Below, piece after piece: positions 13,175 through 24,555 of a stretch of DNA of 64,000 nt. A model generated the notes under the pieces. It was not told the DNA's origin. It saw only the letters and a list, made by a program, of their open reading frames with translations, and made no database searches. The translations under genes and the position numbers were made by a program. The stretch comes from Camelus dromedarius (taxonomy: Eukaryota). Every line of letters begins with the position of its first letter. Position 1 is the stretch's first letter. The DNA is taken from the NCBI RefSeq assembly GCF_036321535.1, contig NC_087437.1, positions 10,170,001 through 10,234,000 of the forward strand, given 5' to 3'.

Positions 13175-14040
13175 CTCACATTCATTATTGAATACCTTCT
13201 ATTTGGCAAACCCTGAACATATAATAATAAACATATGCCATGGTGGAGCTCCTGAGCTGGTGGAGAAGAAAGATATTAAACAAAGAGATGGCTACATTTA
13301 TATCATTAAAAATTGTGATAAAAGCACTGTATGATCAGGCCCCCAAGATGGCTGTTCTCTTGCTTTCTGTACAGCCTCTGTTCAACCAGTCCCTGCTTCA
13401 CCTACACCTACTCACGTGACCGACCTACCCTCTTAATCATAAAGCCTAATTGGCAGATGCCTACTTACTTGCCCCTGGCCCCACCTAGTGATTACTCTAA
13501 TTCTTTAGATCAGAACATCTCTACCATGATAGTTTATCAAGGGATGGTGAGAGGTGTGCCTCTCTGCTGGTTTCCCTGGTAACCAATTAGCCAACCTGAC
13601 ATCAATCCCCCTTATAACTGGTAACTTCCCTCTCTACCCAGGAATGAAGACTGCTGCCATATCCTGCCTGCCGTGTGCAGCACACAGTGGGCTGTCGCAC
13701 TTGCTTCAGACATGTCAGACCCCCCACTCATCCATTAAACCACTAGTCTCTGACTCTGGGCTCTTTCTTTGGTCTTGAGGCTGGGCAAGTGCAGGACCTG
13801 CAGACCTGTGGGGTGCAGCCCAAGAAGCATTAAATTAAAGACAAGATTCTATGGACTGAAAAATCATGATAGTGAGGAGGTGTGCCGATATAAGGCAAAT
13901 TGCAGAGTGGTCAGGGTTTGTCAGTCTTTGAAAATGATACTTGAACTAAGATCTAAAGAATGACCAAGAGTTAGTAAGGGTCCTCCAAGGAGAGTACTCT
14001 GAAGAGGCACTGTGAGAGAAGATTTGAGAGGGTCAAGAAC
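13175..14040 (-). mobile_element. L2 fragment interrupted by an LTR
   Basis: L2 tail 'ttcattattgaatacc' and 'gtggtcaggg...ttgaactaagatctaaagaatga' on either side of the 13328-13825 LTR. Confidence 0.55.
13328..13825 (+). mobile_element. solo LTR (ERV; 5-bp TSD suggests ERVL class)
   Basis: TG start, ATTAAA at ~13734, U5 ending 'ggggtgcagcccaaga', TSD agcac/agcat. Confidence 0.8.
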
Positions 14041-14225
14041 TTGGTACATCTAAAATACCATTTTGCACAGGCATCACTGCCTCCAATTATATCAATTTCC
14101 TCGGAGTTCCCTAGGTTAGAAATATTCTTTCAGGATTTATTGTCATCACATGCTCTGTGTCTCTCCTTGGAATGTTCACCTGATTCCTGTTCACCTTTCA
14201 AATTCTCAGCTCCTTTGTTACCTCC

Positions 14226-14736
14226 TGTGGTAGACAGAAGGTGTTGATGGCCCTGAATCTTCACCCTTCCCTCGGTGGACAGTGTGTTCAACTCATGCTG
14301 AACTTGGTTCCAGAATCATGCAGGGGATTTTCCTTGCCCAGTGGACTGTTAACAAACATGGTGGAAACAGACATGAAGAGCATCTCCACCCTGGCACCCA
14401 TTCTCCTGCTTGTTTTTACACCTCTGCCTCCACCACCAGACCACGTCTAGGCAGCCTGATGGAGGCATGAGACAGAAATGAGGCAGAGTCGAGACCATCC
14501 TAGAATAGCCGACAGGTACCTGACCATCAGGTATGTGAGAATTCTCAGCCAAGATCAACCAGGCTGCCTACCTGACCCTCACCTGTGGCAGACACGTGAA
14601 CGAGCTGGGTCAATATCACCAGAACCAGCCAGCCAACCCTTACATTTATGAACAATAATAAATTGTGGTGGTTTAAGTCACTGAGTTTTGGGTAGTTTCT
14701 TGTGGAGTGTCAGTTGTGATGATAGCAAACTGATAT
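14226..14736 (+). mobile_element. MLT1 (MaLR) LTR
   Basis: Starts tgtggtagacag; 3' signature 'aataaattgtggtggtttaagtcactgagttttgggtagtt'. Confidence 0.8.
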
Positions 14737-15789
14737 TCCTCCTCTTAAAACCCTCTGGATCAACACAAGCAGAATTAATTCTCCTGCTGTTCAGTCCCAT
14801 AGTGCTTCGAATTTCTCTGTCGTTGCACTTTTCTCATGGTGTCAAAGCTTGTTTGTTTACTTGTTTGTTTGGTTTACTTGTTCAGCTTCTCCATGAAGAT
14901 AGATTCAATACCTAATTTACCATTGTCTCATCAGGAATCAGCAATATCTAACTTTCTGGCATTTAATAATAAGCACTTTTAAGTGTTTCTAATTTTAAAT
15001 GTAGATATTCGTTTTTATTTATAATTATAGATGAGTGAAAATCTCAGCTACTTAACATGTACCCAAATCCCTCATTATCTTCATTTATGAGGAAAACTTT
15101 GGATACCTTCTAACCTCTTGAGTTCCAGATTTATCAAAGTCTTTATATTTCTTAAATAAAAGAAAACTACTTCTTAAATTAATCACTTTTTTTTGCAAAT
15201 TTTATTAATACCCATCATTCCACATTTAGAAGCAAATTTGCTAGCCTCACTCACTGTTCCTAGAAGAAAGCTTCATGTAATCATTTAAAGGAGGGGACCC
15301 TCTTTGATCTTAAACATCCAATTTAGTTCCTTTACCTCCAGAGAAGACACTAAGATTAAACACTGTGAAGAGCCAGAAAAGTCATGGTTCTGGCTATTTC
15401 CTCCTTCTCATTATAGCTGCCATCATAAATAAGTTTAGTACAAGAAAACATTTAAACTCCTTCCCATCATTTAAGAGATCCATCAACAAAAAGACTCTCC
15501 TGCGAAGGTCACAAAAATAAAGTTTCTTTTATACTTGATTTTTTTCCCCAACAAGCCTGGTTTAATTAGACAAAGCTAATTTCACAAATATTTAGCTAAG
15601 TATAATTCTACCCTCATTTCCCAAAGCTTCCTATTGAAAAGAAATCTTAGCAATATTTGGTTATGTTTATCAAGAAAAGTTCATAGTCTTGCATTTGTCC
15701 TGAAGTTCAAGGACTTCCAAGTACAGTTTTTAAGTAATCTTATGCACAGAGACTTCTTACTATTATAAGAAATAATAATAATAGTAATA

Positions 15790-16020
15790 ATAACAACAGT
15801 GACACTAACAACCACTGTCAACATGCGCTGAGTTCTTACTTAGTGCCAAGCACTGTGTTGTGTTTCACATGCATGAGTTTCTTTAATCCTTGTAACAAGT
15901 CAATGAGTTTGTGTAATTGAGCACAATATATGCAGATAGATTTGCTAAAACTCAATTTAAGATACCTAACAAGATGCCTAAAACACAAGACCTCTATAAA
16001 TGCTAACCATTGTTATAATT
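15790..16020. mobile_element. MIR fragments
   Basis: 'gctgagttcttacttagtgccaagcactgtg...tttaatccttgtaacaa'. Confidence 0.55.
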
Positions 16021-16149
16021 GTGTAGCTATGTTTCAATAATCTTACAAGTATAATAATGAAACACAGTTTAGTGAAGGTGGTTCTGAGAAAAGCTGAAAT
16101 AATGTGTTCCAAATAAGAAGGCTTCTGGTGGTCTAACTGGTTTAGGAAT

Positions 16150-16680
16150 TGTCGGGAGGAAGAAATTTTCCTCCATCCTTCTAGGTTCTTTTGGCTGGCC
16201 TAAGAATTAAGTTGACATCAGGCAGATTACTAGGAGAAAATCACACAAAAGAAAAAGAAATCACACAGGCTGATAACATGTACACATGTGAGAGCCGGAG
16301 TTACTGACCCAGATGGCTAAACCCCTCACCTTAAATACCATCTTCAGCTAAAGACAAAAGAGGATGTTGAGGATAGGGGTTTGGAACCTCAAAGGGGAAG
16401 AAAGCAATGGACATGTCAATGGAAAAGCAAAGGTTTGGTAAACAAATGTTTGCTGGGCCAGCAGGGACAACAACAGGACAGAGAGGATTTTAACAAAGGG
16501 ATCTGGCTAGTTTCCTCCCTGTCAACACAGCTAGTTCATACTATAGTTATCTATGGGGATAGCTATTCCCATAATAGGCCCTCTATGTAAAATCTTTACG
16601 CAGCCAAAGAGAAAGGTAAGTTTCTTCCTGAGTCTTTTGGGCCTTGATTATCTTCAGATCAAAATAATCCTTTATGGCAG
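16150..16680 (-). mobile_element. ERV1 (MER34-like) LTR, copy A, 5'-truncated
   Basis: Reverse-complement homology to 16716-17748 along its length (e.g. ttaaataccatcttcagctaaagacaaaagaggatgtt). Confidence 0.8.
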
Positions 16681-16715
16681 GAAGAAGCCAGTCTAGATAT
16701 GTTTAAACTCTATTC

Positions 16716-17748
16716 TGTAGGGAACAAAATGAACACCCCAAAGTGTCTCTTTGGCACGTGGATTATTTTGAGCCCAGAAGACTTTGAAAGAATCTTTGAT
16801 CTCCCCTCAGAGCTCCTAAAGAATGCAGGGAGAGGACCTGTTCCAGAAAGGGAGCTATCCCCATAGATAACTACAATATGAACTAGGTGTGTAGACAGGG
16901 AAGAATCCAGCAAAATCTCTGTATGTCCCACTGTCTTTGAATGGCCCAGCGAACATTTGTTTAACAATCTTTTGCTTTTCTCCATTAGGGGAGGGGAAAT
17001 TTTCCCTCTTTCCTCTCTTAATTCTTTTGGCTGGCAATTAAAATGGCATAAGGTAGATTAACAGGGGGAAAATTGAATTTATTAAATGCACACAGAAAAT
17101 TCATATAAGTATGAAGCGTTCCAAATTCAGCATGACAAGATAAAATATATATATTCTGGACTAAGGAGAAAGAGGTAGGTATCTGAGGCCTCAGGGGGAG
17201 ATAAGGTGACTCATTGGAAGATAAAATGAGTTAATGTAAGTGTAACCAGGCCATTCAAAGACAGTGGGACACAGAGAGGATTTTGATCAAATGGGCTTAG
17301 CAAGGCTCTTCCCAGTGTATCACACCGAGTACTTTATATAGAGTTATCCATGTAGCTTCTTCCTGGGACAGATCCCCTCTCTTAAATTCTTTTAGGCAAT
17401 AAGGGGGAAGTTCAAATATTCTTCCTGAGTCTTTTGAGCCTTGATTATTTTCAGCTCAAAATAATCCAAATGCCAGAGTGACTCATTTTGGAGGCATGCC
17501 CTTAGTCTCCTCACCATCTCCATGCCGACTGCCTTCCTTCCCTTTGGAGTCCCAAATCACTATGCCTAACATCCTCTTTTGTCTTTAGCTGAAGATGGTA
17601 TTTAAGGAGAGGGTTTCAGCCATTTTGGCAAGTTACTCAGTTTTTCTGGGTCTCTTCCACATGTACATGGTATTAAACTTTTGTGTGATTTTCTCCTGTT
17701 AATCTGTCTACCCTAGAAGGGTAGAGGAAAATTTCTTCCTCCCTGACA
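16716..17748 (+). mobile_element. ERV1 (MER34-like) LTR, copy B, interrupted by copy C
   Basis: TGtagggaac...ccctgaCA termini, ATTAAA at ~17672; continuity with copy A is restored when 16986-17513 is removed. Confidence 0.82.
16986..17513 (-). mobile_element. related ERV1 LTR, copy C, nested in copy B
   Basis: Homologous to copy A; flanked by 4-bp TSD CCAT (16982-16985/17514-17517). Confidence 0.82.
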
Positions 17749-17959
17749 ATGGACCTTAGTCACGCAGAACAATCATCTCAATATTTTCTACCGAATTCCT
17801 AATATATCCACACTGTGCAAGGAAAATATAAATGTATCTCCACACTGACAATGAAAAAGCCTTGAGAGTAAACAATAGGTCAGTTGCATGATGTCAGGCT
17901 ATATAAATCCAAGTCAAAGAGAAGAGATCACATTAGGTGAGAAAATACTGATTTGGTTG

Positions 17960-18485
17960 TGTTACCAAACTCAGATTCAGCTGCTTATTGCTCAAGATCC
18001 AATACTGAGAGACAAGTGTTGGGTCAAAGGAAAGACAGTTTTAATGAGGAAGCCAGCAATCCTGGGGAGAAGGTGGACTCAAGTTCCAAAGAACCAACCC
18101 CCAACTCCCCAGATTTTGCTTGGAGATGATATAGGGGAAAGAGGAAGGGGCTAAGTGCTGGGGAGTGGGTAACCTTCTATTTTCAGAGACGATTGTCTCA
18201 ATCACATGTCTCCAAGTAGCCATCAGTTCTTGCTTGTGGTTGGAACATTACCTGAGCCATAAATCTTTGGTTAGCTAGTCCTGGAGAATAAAGAGCAAGG
18301 GTGAAGCCTACAGAACAACTAATCTCCAATCTCAACACACATCAACAGTTTTTCCATCAGCAGCAAGCTGAGCTAAGTCAATGGTGTACTAGGGTAGAAG
18401 TCAGGCATATCATAACCAAGAAGTTGAGTTGGAATAATATGAGGACGTAAGAGTCCCTAGTTACGGTCTCCCTTCCTCAGTTACA
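17960..18485 (-). mobile_element. ERV1 3' LTR
   Basis: tgttacc...gttaca termini; U5 homologous to the end of the 5343-5938 LTR; preceded on minus by a PPT-like tract and env sequence. Confidence 0.8.
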
Positions 18486-18489
18486 ATCC

Positions 18490-18943
18490 TCACTGTCAGA
18501 TTTTCTTCCAATTTCTATGGAAAAGAGGTGAAGGTCCACCTTCTGTCACTTCTTCAAGCTGAGCATGGGCCACAAAGGATTCTTGGAGTGGAATGACCTG
18601 ACGTGGTGTAAGAAATATTCTTTGGTTCCCTTGCATGCTGGTTGAGATTCCAAAAGAGACATCTCACTACTAACCTTTTAGTAATTCTTTGGCAAGGAGT
18701 AACAGGCCAACTACGATTCCCTCGACTAGAAGATAAAACCCCACAACAATTAGTAAAAGAGTCAGTACCAACTTAAAGATTCCTTCAAGCATAGACCTAA
18801 TCCTAGAGGGAATCTAAGAAGATAGGTTAGTAAACCAATCCTCCCCACCTTGAAATAGGGGAGTATGGTGGTCTAAAGTCTAATCTTTTCAATACCAGTC
18901 TCGACCTGTGAGGAGGTATTTATGTAAGAGCAGCAGGTGGAGT
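18490..18943 (-). pseudogene. env: ERV env transmembrane-subunit remnant
   Basis: Minus-strand translation TCCSYINTSSQVETGIEKIRL*, then frameshifted DWFTNLSS*IPSRIRSMLEGIFKLVLTLLLIVVGFYLLVEGIV. This matches the end of a gamma-type CX6CC motif, heptad repeat and membrane anchor. Confidence 0.8.
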
Positions 18944-18944
18944 C

Positions 18945-19390
18945 TGTGTGCAGAACAGCACAGTTAGCTCCGACAGTCGTCCTGAAACTGGTCATGTGGC
19001 GGTCTGGCCACTGTCACCTTGACTGGCTTAAGTGCAGTTAATCTTCAACTCCAGGGTCAGTTTGCTCCCATTCTCTTGAGGCCAGGTTCTGGAATTGTAC
19101 AAGTCTTAGATTCAGCCCAGCTCAAAGTCTCATGTCTACATTCTGGTCATCATGCAGTTAGCTTTTGCCCTCTGGTGACAGTTCCAGTATCTGTGAACCA
19201 ACTCAGGAATGTATGTCAGACAGTTATCTATGTCCTTTAGGGAGGAAATAAAGAATCTGTGACTATATCGTCCTCATCATTGACTTTTTGAGCCTGCTCT
19301 TTTGTGACTAACTTGGGGCCTGGGAGACTACAAACAAGAGACAGGGGACATGGAAGGGCTTTTGTACCTGGGAAGTCCCCATGGGGTTTT
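18945..19390 (-). mobile_element. partial ERV1 LTR (U3 part)
   Basis: 'gcagaacagcacagttagctccgacagtcgtcctgaaactggtcatg...ttaatcttcaactccagggtcagtttgctcccatt' resembles a common cetartiodactyl ERV1 LTR. Confidence 0.65.
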
Positions 19391-21783
19391 GAACTTTATT
19401 CTATGAGCAATGAGGGACACTGAAAGCAGGTCTTTGAGCGAGGAAGAGACATGCTCAGAGCTTTAAAAGAAAGATCAATAGGACAGCAATTATAAAATGA
19501 AATTTGTGTCATTATTACATAGTAAACAGAAATGGAAACATTCAGATTTCAACAGACAAGATCCCAGCGTAGCTTAAGGAAGACATTTTCCCCCCTTCCT
19601 AATTATTGCTTGGTGTCAAAATACAGACTGGCCAAAATGCCAGACCCAAGAGTGATAGTCATTATAAAAACAGTCATATACATAAATGATATTTTACTAA
19701 AAATAAATATATTCTTCTCCGTCAATTAGTGTACTTTCCAAAATGAACTCTGCTTTTACTGTGACACTTTATTAAAAGTTTTATGCAATTATTTTCAGTT
19801 TCAACACTTGTATTAAGAAAATATTTTAGACATAACCCAATTAGTCCTTGAGCAATTTAAAACACTTACTGTATTATTTGTCTAAAGCACTCCTAGTGAG
19901 TGAATCTAAAGCCTAATAATTGTAATAGAAACAGTCTCGCACCAGTTGTCAGCTGACTCAAATAAGACCAACCAGAAGCAGATGTCGCAGTACTGAGACG
20001 TCCTAACAAACGTACATGAAACACCTATTAGTGTCATGTGAAGTATCACTATAAATATTTCACGTCTAAGTGTGATTTGTTAAAAATAAAGTGCATTGTT
20101 GTCCTACATTGCCTGGGGGAGCTTTGCATAATTTCTTATCCACAACGTTGATCATCGCTAGAGTGGTTCCCAGTCAGTAGTGAAGAGGAGCCAGGAGCCC
20201 ATAAGAGCACATTCCCATGTGGCTCTTAAATGCAGCAGCCACGTGGCTCCAACTTCTGTTTTAGTCTCATGCTAGCTTATTCAGAACATCCAGGAAAAGA
20301 CTTTAACTGTTTTATTTTGGGTCTGCTAAAAATGAAATGCTAATTGAAAAAAATAACCCTCAAGCCCCTAAATAGCTACATCATGTGAGCTAGAACTAAA
20401 CTTAATGTTTAAATGCTGAAATGGGTCTTGAAATAGAGGAAGCAGAAATATACTAGGAAAAACTGCTGATTTCAGAATGGAAGCAGAGTGGTATTTTGTT
20501 GGTAATCTGTAAGTAGGTTTAAAAATATCACACTGTAGTGAGAAGAATTTGGTACTTGAGCTCATCTGATTTTGTATTTAGGCTCATCAGATTTAGCACT
20601 ATGTACAGACAAAATCTGAGCTATATAAATCAACTACAGAAAAAAATTCCAACCTCAACTGGCTAACAACAAGAGATTTACTCAAACTGTACATTACCAT
20701 TTTAAAAAATAAATTGATTTGTAAATTCTAAATGAAATAATTATATATTTATCTGAAATATTGTTGCATATATACAATATGAACAAATACTCCATATTAA
20801 AATAGATTTTGTTATTTTTACCATCCCACCCCACTGGCATTTAAATCATATGACAATAAATGTCTTTTTCACTGGCTTACTATAACATTATATGAGAGGA
20901 ACTCACAACATGCAGTACTTAATATATCAATATTGTTATTTTTCCCTTTATAAATCATACCTCAAAATATATTTAAAAGTATAGCACTAAAAATGTACAT
21001 CCAATGATAAGATGTACCAGTTTGCAGAAACTAATTCATATTTCAGAGACAATATCCCTATTTTTTCCTGGAAAATACTTTTGAGGAAAACTTAAATTCT
21101 TTAAGTTCAAAGGAAACGCCAGTCAAAGAAATGTCTTTGGAGCTCCAAGTAGCATTTCTAAGGAGATAGAAGCATGCTGGACTCTTCCAAAAGGAAATCA
21201 AGTGGAAAGCTTGTATGGGATATTAATTCAGCACTACAGAGACAATGCTGAGAAAACAGAAGCATTGTTTTCAAAGGAAATTGGTTTCTGTAACATAACA
21301 AAGATACAACTCAGTGGGTGAATTGTTATGATGGAGATGACTCAACAGGTCACCAACCTAAGCCATCACCACTTGGAATCAAAGAATGGGAACACGACCA
21401 AGACTCTCTGGGTAAAATACCAAAGGCCACCTGGGTAGCATTCATCTCTCCTCTTTTTTTTAAACAAGTAGCTACAAGTGGTGTATTAAAGAGGAAAATT
21501 GTTAACTGGTACATATTTTGCTTAGATAAGCTGATTGGAGAGGAAGAAATCATGATGGAAAACAAATTTGGATGAAGTTTTGTTTTGTTTTGTTTTTTAA
21601 TTTATAAAAGCATTATGTTCAAGCTTCAATTCATTGATATCTAAGTATTTGGGGAAACATTTTTAAAGAAACTATACAGATTCAATCCAAAATCTCATTG
21701 GCACAATTTGAAATAAGGTTAATAGTCATGGGAAATCTGTGAATGAGAGAGCCAACTGTAGGAGGCTGTTCAGCATAAACCAG

Positions 21784-22170
21784 TGTAGGGATTCAGAATG
21801 TGTCACCCCAAAATATGCCACTATGGCATATTAATTATTTTGAATTAAAGATACATGAGAAAGAGCTGGCTCAGGAAGGACACTCTGACCCTCCTTTGTT
21901 CCTCTGAAAGCAGAAAAACCTCCCATGTGAAAGGTACCTTCCTTATTTGGGGAGGGTAGAAGGAACCTTTATCACCAGGGACAGGGAATTTAGGGCCAAA
22001 ATCTGTAAAAGTAAATCTTGCTACTTCTTCACCATTTTATAAAGGTTTTGGGTCAACCTAGCCCACACCTCTTTGTCTTGTCAGTTTGTCACAAATTTAC
22101 TTTTTCTTTGAAAGCTCTGGTCACTTTTTTGAGTCTCATATCTTTGTGGGGCTGCCACATTTACGTACGT
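21784..22170 (+). mobile_element. MER34-like ERV1 LTR, partial
   Basis: 'tgtagggattcagaatgtgtcaccccaaaatatgccactatggcatattaattattttgaattaaag'. Confidence 0.75.
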
Positions 22171-22174
22171 AATT

Positions 22175-23715
22175 AACCCATACCTAACGTCATACTTAAT
22201 AGTGAGAGGCTGGAATCTTTCCCCAAAGATCAGGAGGAAAGCAGAGATATCCTTTCTCACCACTGTAGGGGTAGAAAACAGATCAATGGTTGACAGAAGT
22301 TTGGGAAAGGAGAAGTGTTTGACTAGGGGAAGCATAAGGAATCTTCTAGGTTGGTGGTACTCACCGATATACTATACATATGACACCATGCATGTGTCAA
22401 AACCCATAGACAGCACAAAGAATGGACCTTAATGTAGGCAAATTTTTAAAATACTTAACCAGGAAATTGGAGGATCCTAGCATAGAATGTATACTGAGAC
22501 AAAAGAATCTCACTGTATTGCAAATACATGACATAACCTCACTGAAAGGAATGGAGAAAAAAAGTGCTAATCTAGTAACTTTGGAGAAACCTTAAGATTA
22601 AAGACATAGGAACTTCCCATTAACATTGTACTCTAACTGATAAAGTTGTTTCTCAAAGGTATAGATAAACAAATACTTTAATAAAAGGAACACGGCTTCC
22701 TTGGAAAAATGATGGATTCAAGGGTTGGATCATGAAATAAATCTTAGGAGACTGGAGCATTTTGTATTGCTAGAAAGTGAGGAAAAGCTCAAAAAACAAA
22801 AACACGGTGGCATGGCCAAAGGACATAGGAGCCAAATGAAAGAGTTCCTAATGGCCAACGCCGGAACAATTTCAGCAACAAAATAAATATCAAAGATTTG
22901 GGGTAAAATCTACAGTATAAAGCAAATATTCATAAGTCTGTGCTGATTTCAATAAATGATTGAATAAATAAATAAACGAGAAGGGACAAATCTTTAATGC
23001 AAACAATTCTAAATAAATTATGTAGATACTCTACTTTCAAGGAGGTGGAGCCTAATTCCCCACCTCCTGAGGAAGGGCTGAACTTACTGACTTGCTTTCA
23101 AAGAGTAGAGTGTGGAGAAGGGAAAAGAAAACTTGACAGTGGAGAAACCTAACAAGCACCAGCTCAGCCACATGGGCAAGGTCAACAGCATCAGAGACAG
23201 GTCATGTTGACAGCATATCCCCTTGATAGGATAGCAGAATGGCATTCCACCACATGGTCTTCCTCCAAAAAATCTATGACCTCAGTCTAACCATGGGAAA
23301 ACCTTCAGACACATCCCAGCTGAGGGATGTTCCATGAAACACCTGACCAGTACTCCTCAAAGCTGTGAACGACATCAAAAACAAGAAACTCTGAGAAACT
23401 GTCACAAACCAGAGGAGTTTAAGGAGACATGACAACTAAATGTAATGTGACATCCTGTCTGGGACCCTTGAACAAAAAAAAAAAGAAAGAAAGAAAGAAA
23501 TTAGGGGAAAACTGGTGATGTCTGAAAGCAAGAGCAGTAATAGTCACGTACCAATAAGGTTTCTTTGGGAAGAGTGTTGCATGGTAATCTAAAATGTTAA
23601 CAACTGGGAAAACTGGGTGAGGAATATGGGATCGATTCCTCTGTTTTATTTTTGTAAACTTTCTGTAAATCTAAAACCATTCTAAAATTAAATATTTATT
23701 TAAATTTTAAAAATA
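22175..23715 (+). mobile_element. old L1 (L1MC/L1MD-type): short ORF2 piece plus 3' UTR
   Basis: ORF2 RT-region piece at ~22175-22266 joined to a long 3' UTR ending 'gtaaatctaaaaccattctaaaattaaa'. Confidence 0.8.
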
Positions 23716-24324
23716 AGGCACTGGTTTTGGGACCTCCTAAAGGAAAATCTTCTCTCAGGCTAAAATATAATATCTAATCTACTTCCTCTGAGTTCTAGTA
23801 TTTTCTCTTCTTTTCATCTTGTCCACATCTAAGGCCATGGTTTCCCCAGGTTGTCCCGCTACAGACCTTGTTTCTCTCTTCCATCTCCTTGGACCTCTCC
23901 TATAGCATTTTTGTGGAATTCTTTTTCTCCCAAAGATCTTTATTTAAAGCTGCAATGAATCATCTACTCCTCTGGGGGGTCCTGAGTCTCATTATCAATG
24001 AAATGGACAAAGGTCTACATCCAGGGCACAGGGATAGAACAGCCATTCATGCCCCAGGAGCTCTTTAGTACAAAAGAACCAGCGACAAACAGTGAACTCC
24101 ATCAATACCCTAAGGCCCTGAAGGACCAATACACTAAGTATTGCTTACAAAACAATCCCTGTGGCACAGCAAGGCGTCAGTGAAAACGTTCTAACTTGAC
24201 TGCACTCCGAAAAATGGCTCCTAGTTAGATAGTGGTACCTCTCCTTACACTTCACAGTCCTTCTTCTTACTCTTCCCAGCCTTCCTTTATTCTCATGCCA
24301 TTCCTAGGTACTTAATAATAAATG

Positions 24325-24555
24325 GTAATAACATCTTCCATGTATTTAGTGATTACTATGTGCTCTGTACTCTCCAGATCATTTCCTTCAATCCCTGTAA
24401 TAAGGTGGCTACCATTATTATCCACAAACTACAAATAATAAAACCAAGTTCAAAGGGTGAAATAAGTTAACCAAGGTCACACTTGCAATTGGTGGAGCCA
24501 AGATTTAAACCAAGGTTCATATGAATCCAGAGTCCATGATCTTATCCTCTGTACC
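24325..24555 (-). mobile_element. MIR SINE
   Basis: 'aataagttaaccaaggtcacacttgcaattggtggagccaagatttaaaccaagg...tccagagtcc'. Confidence 0.75.

Noticed and set aside
18490..18943. Syncytin-like domesticated env
   Set aside because: Only the TM C-terminal part is present, with in-frame stops and a frameshift.
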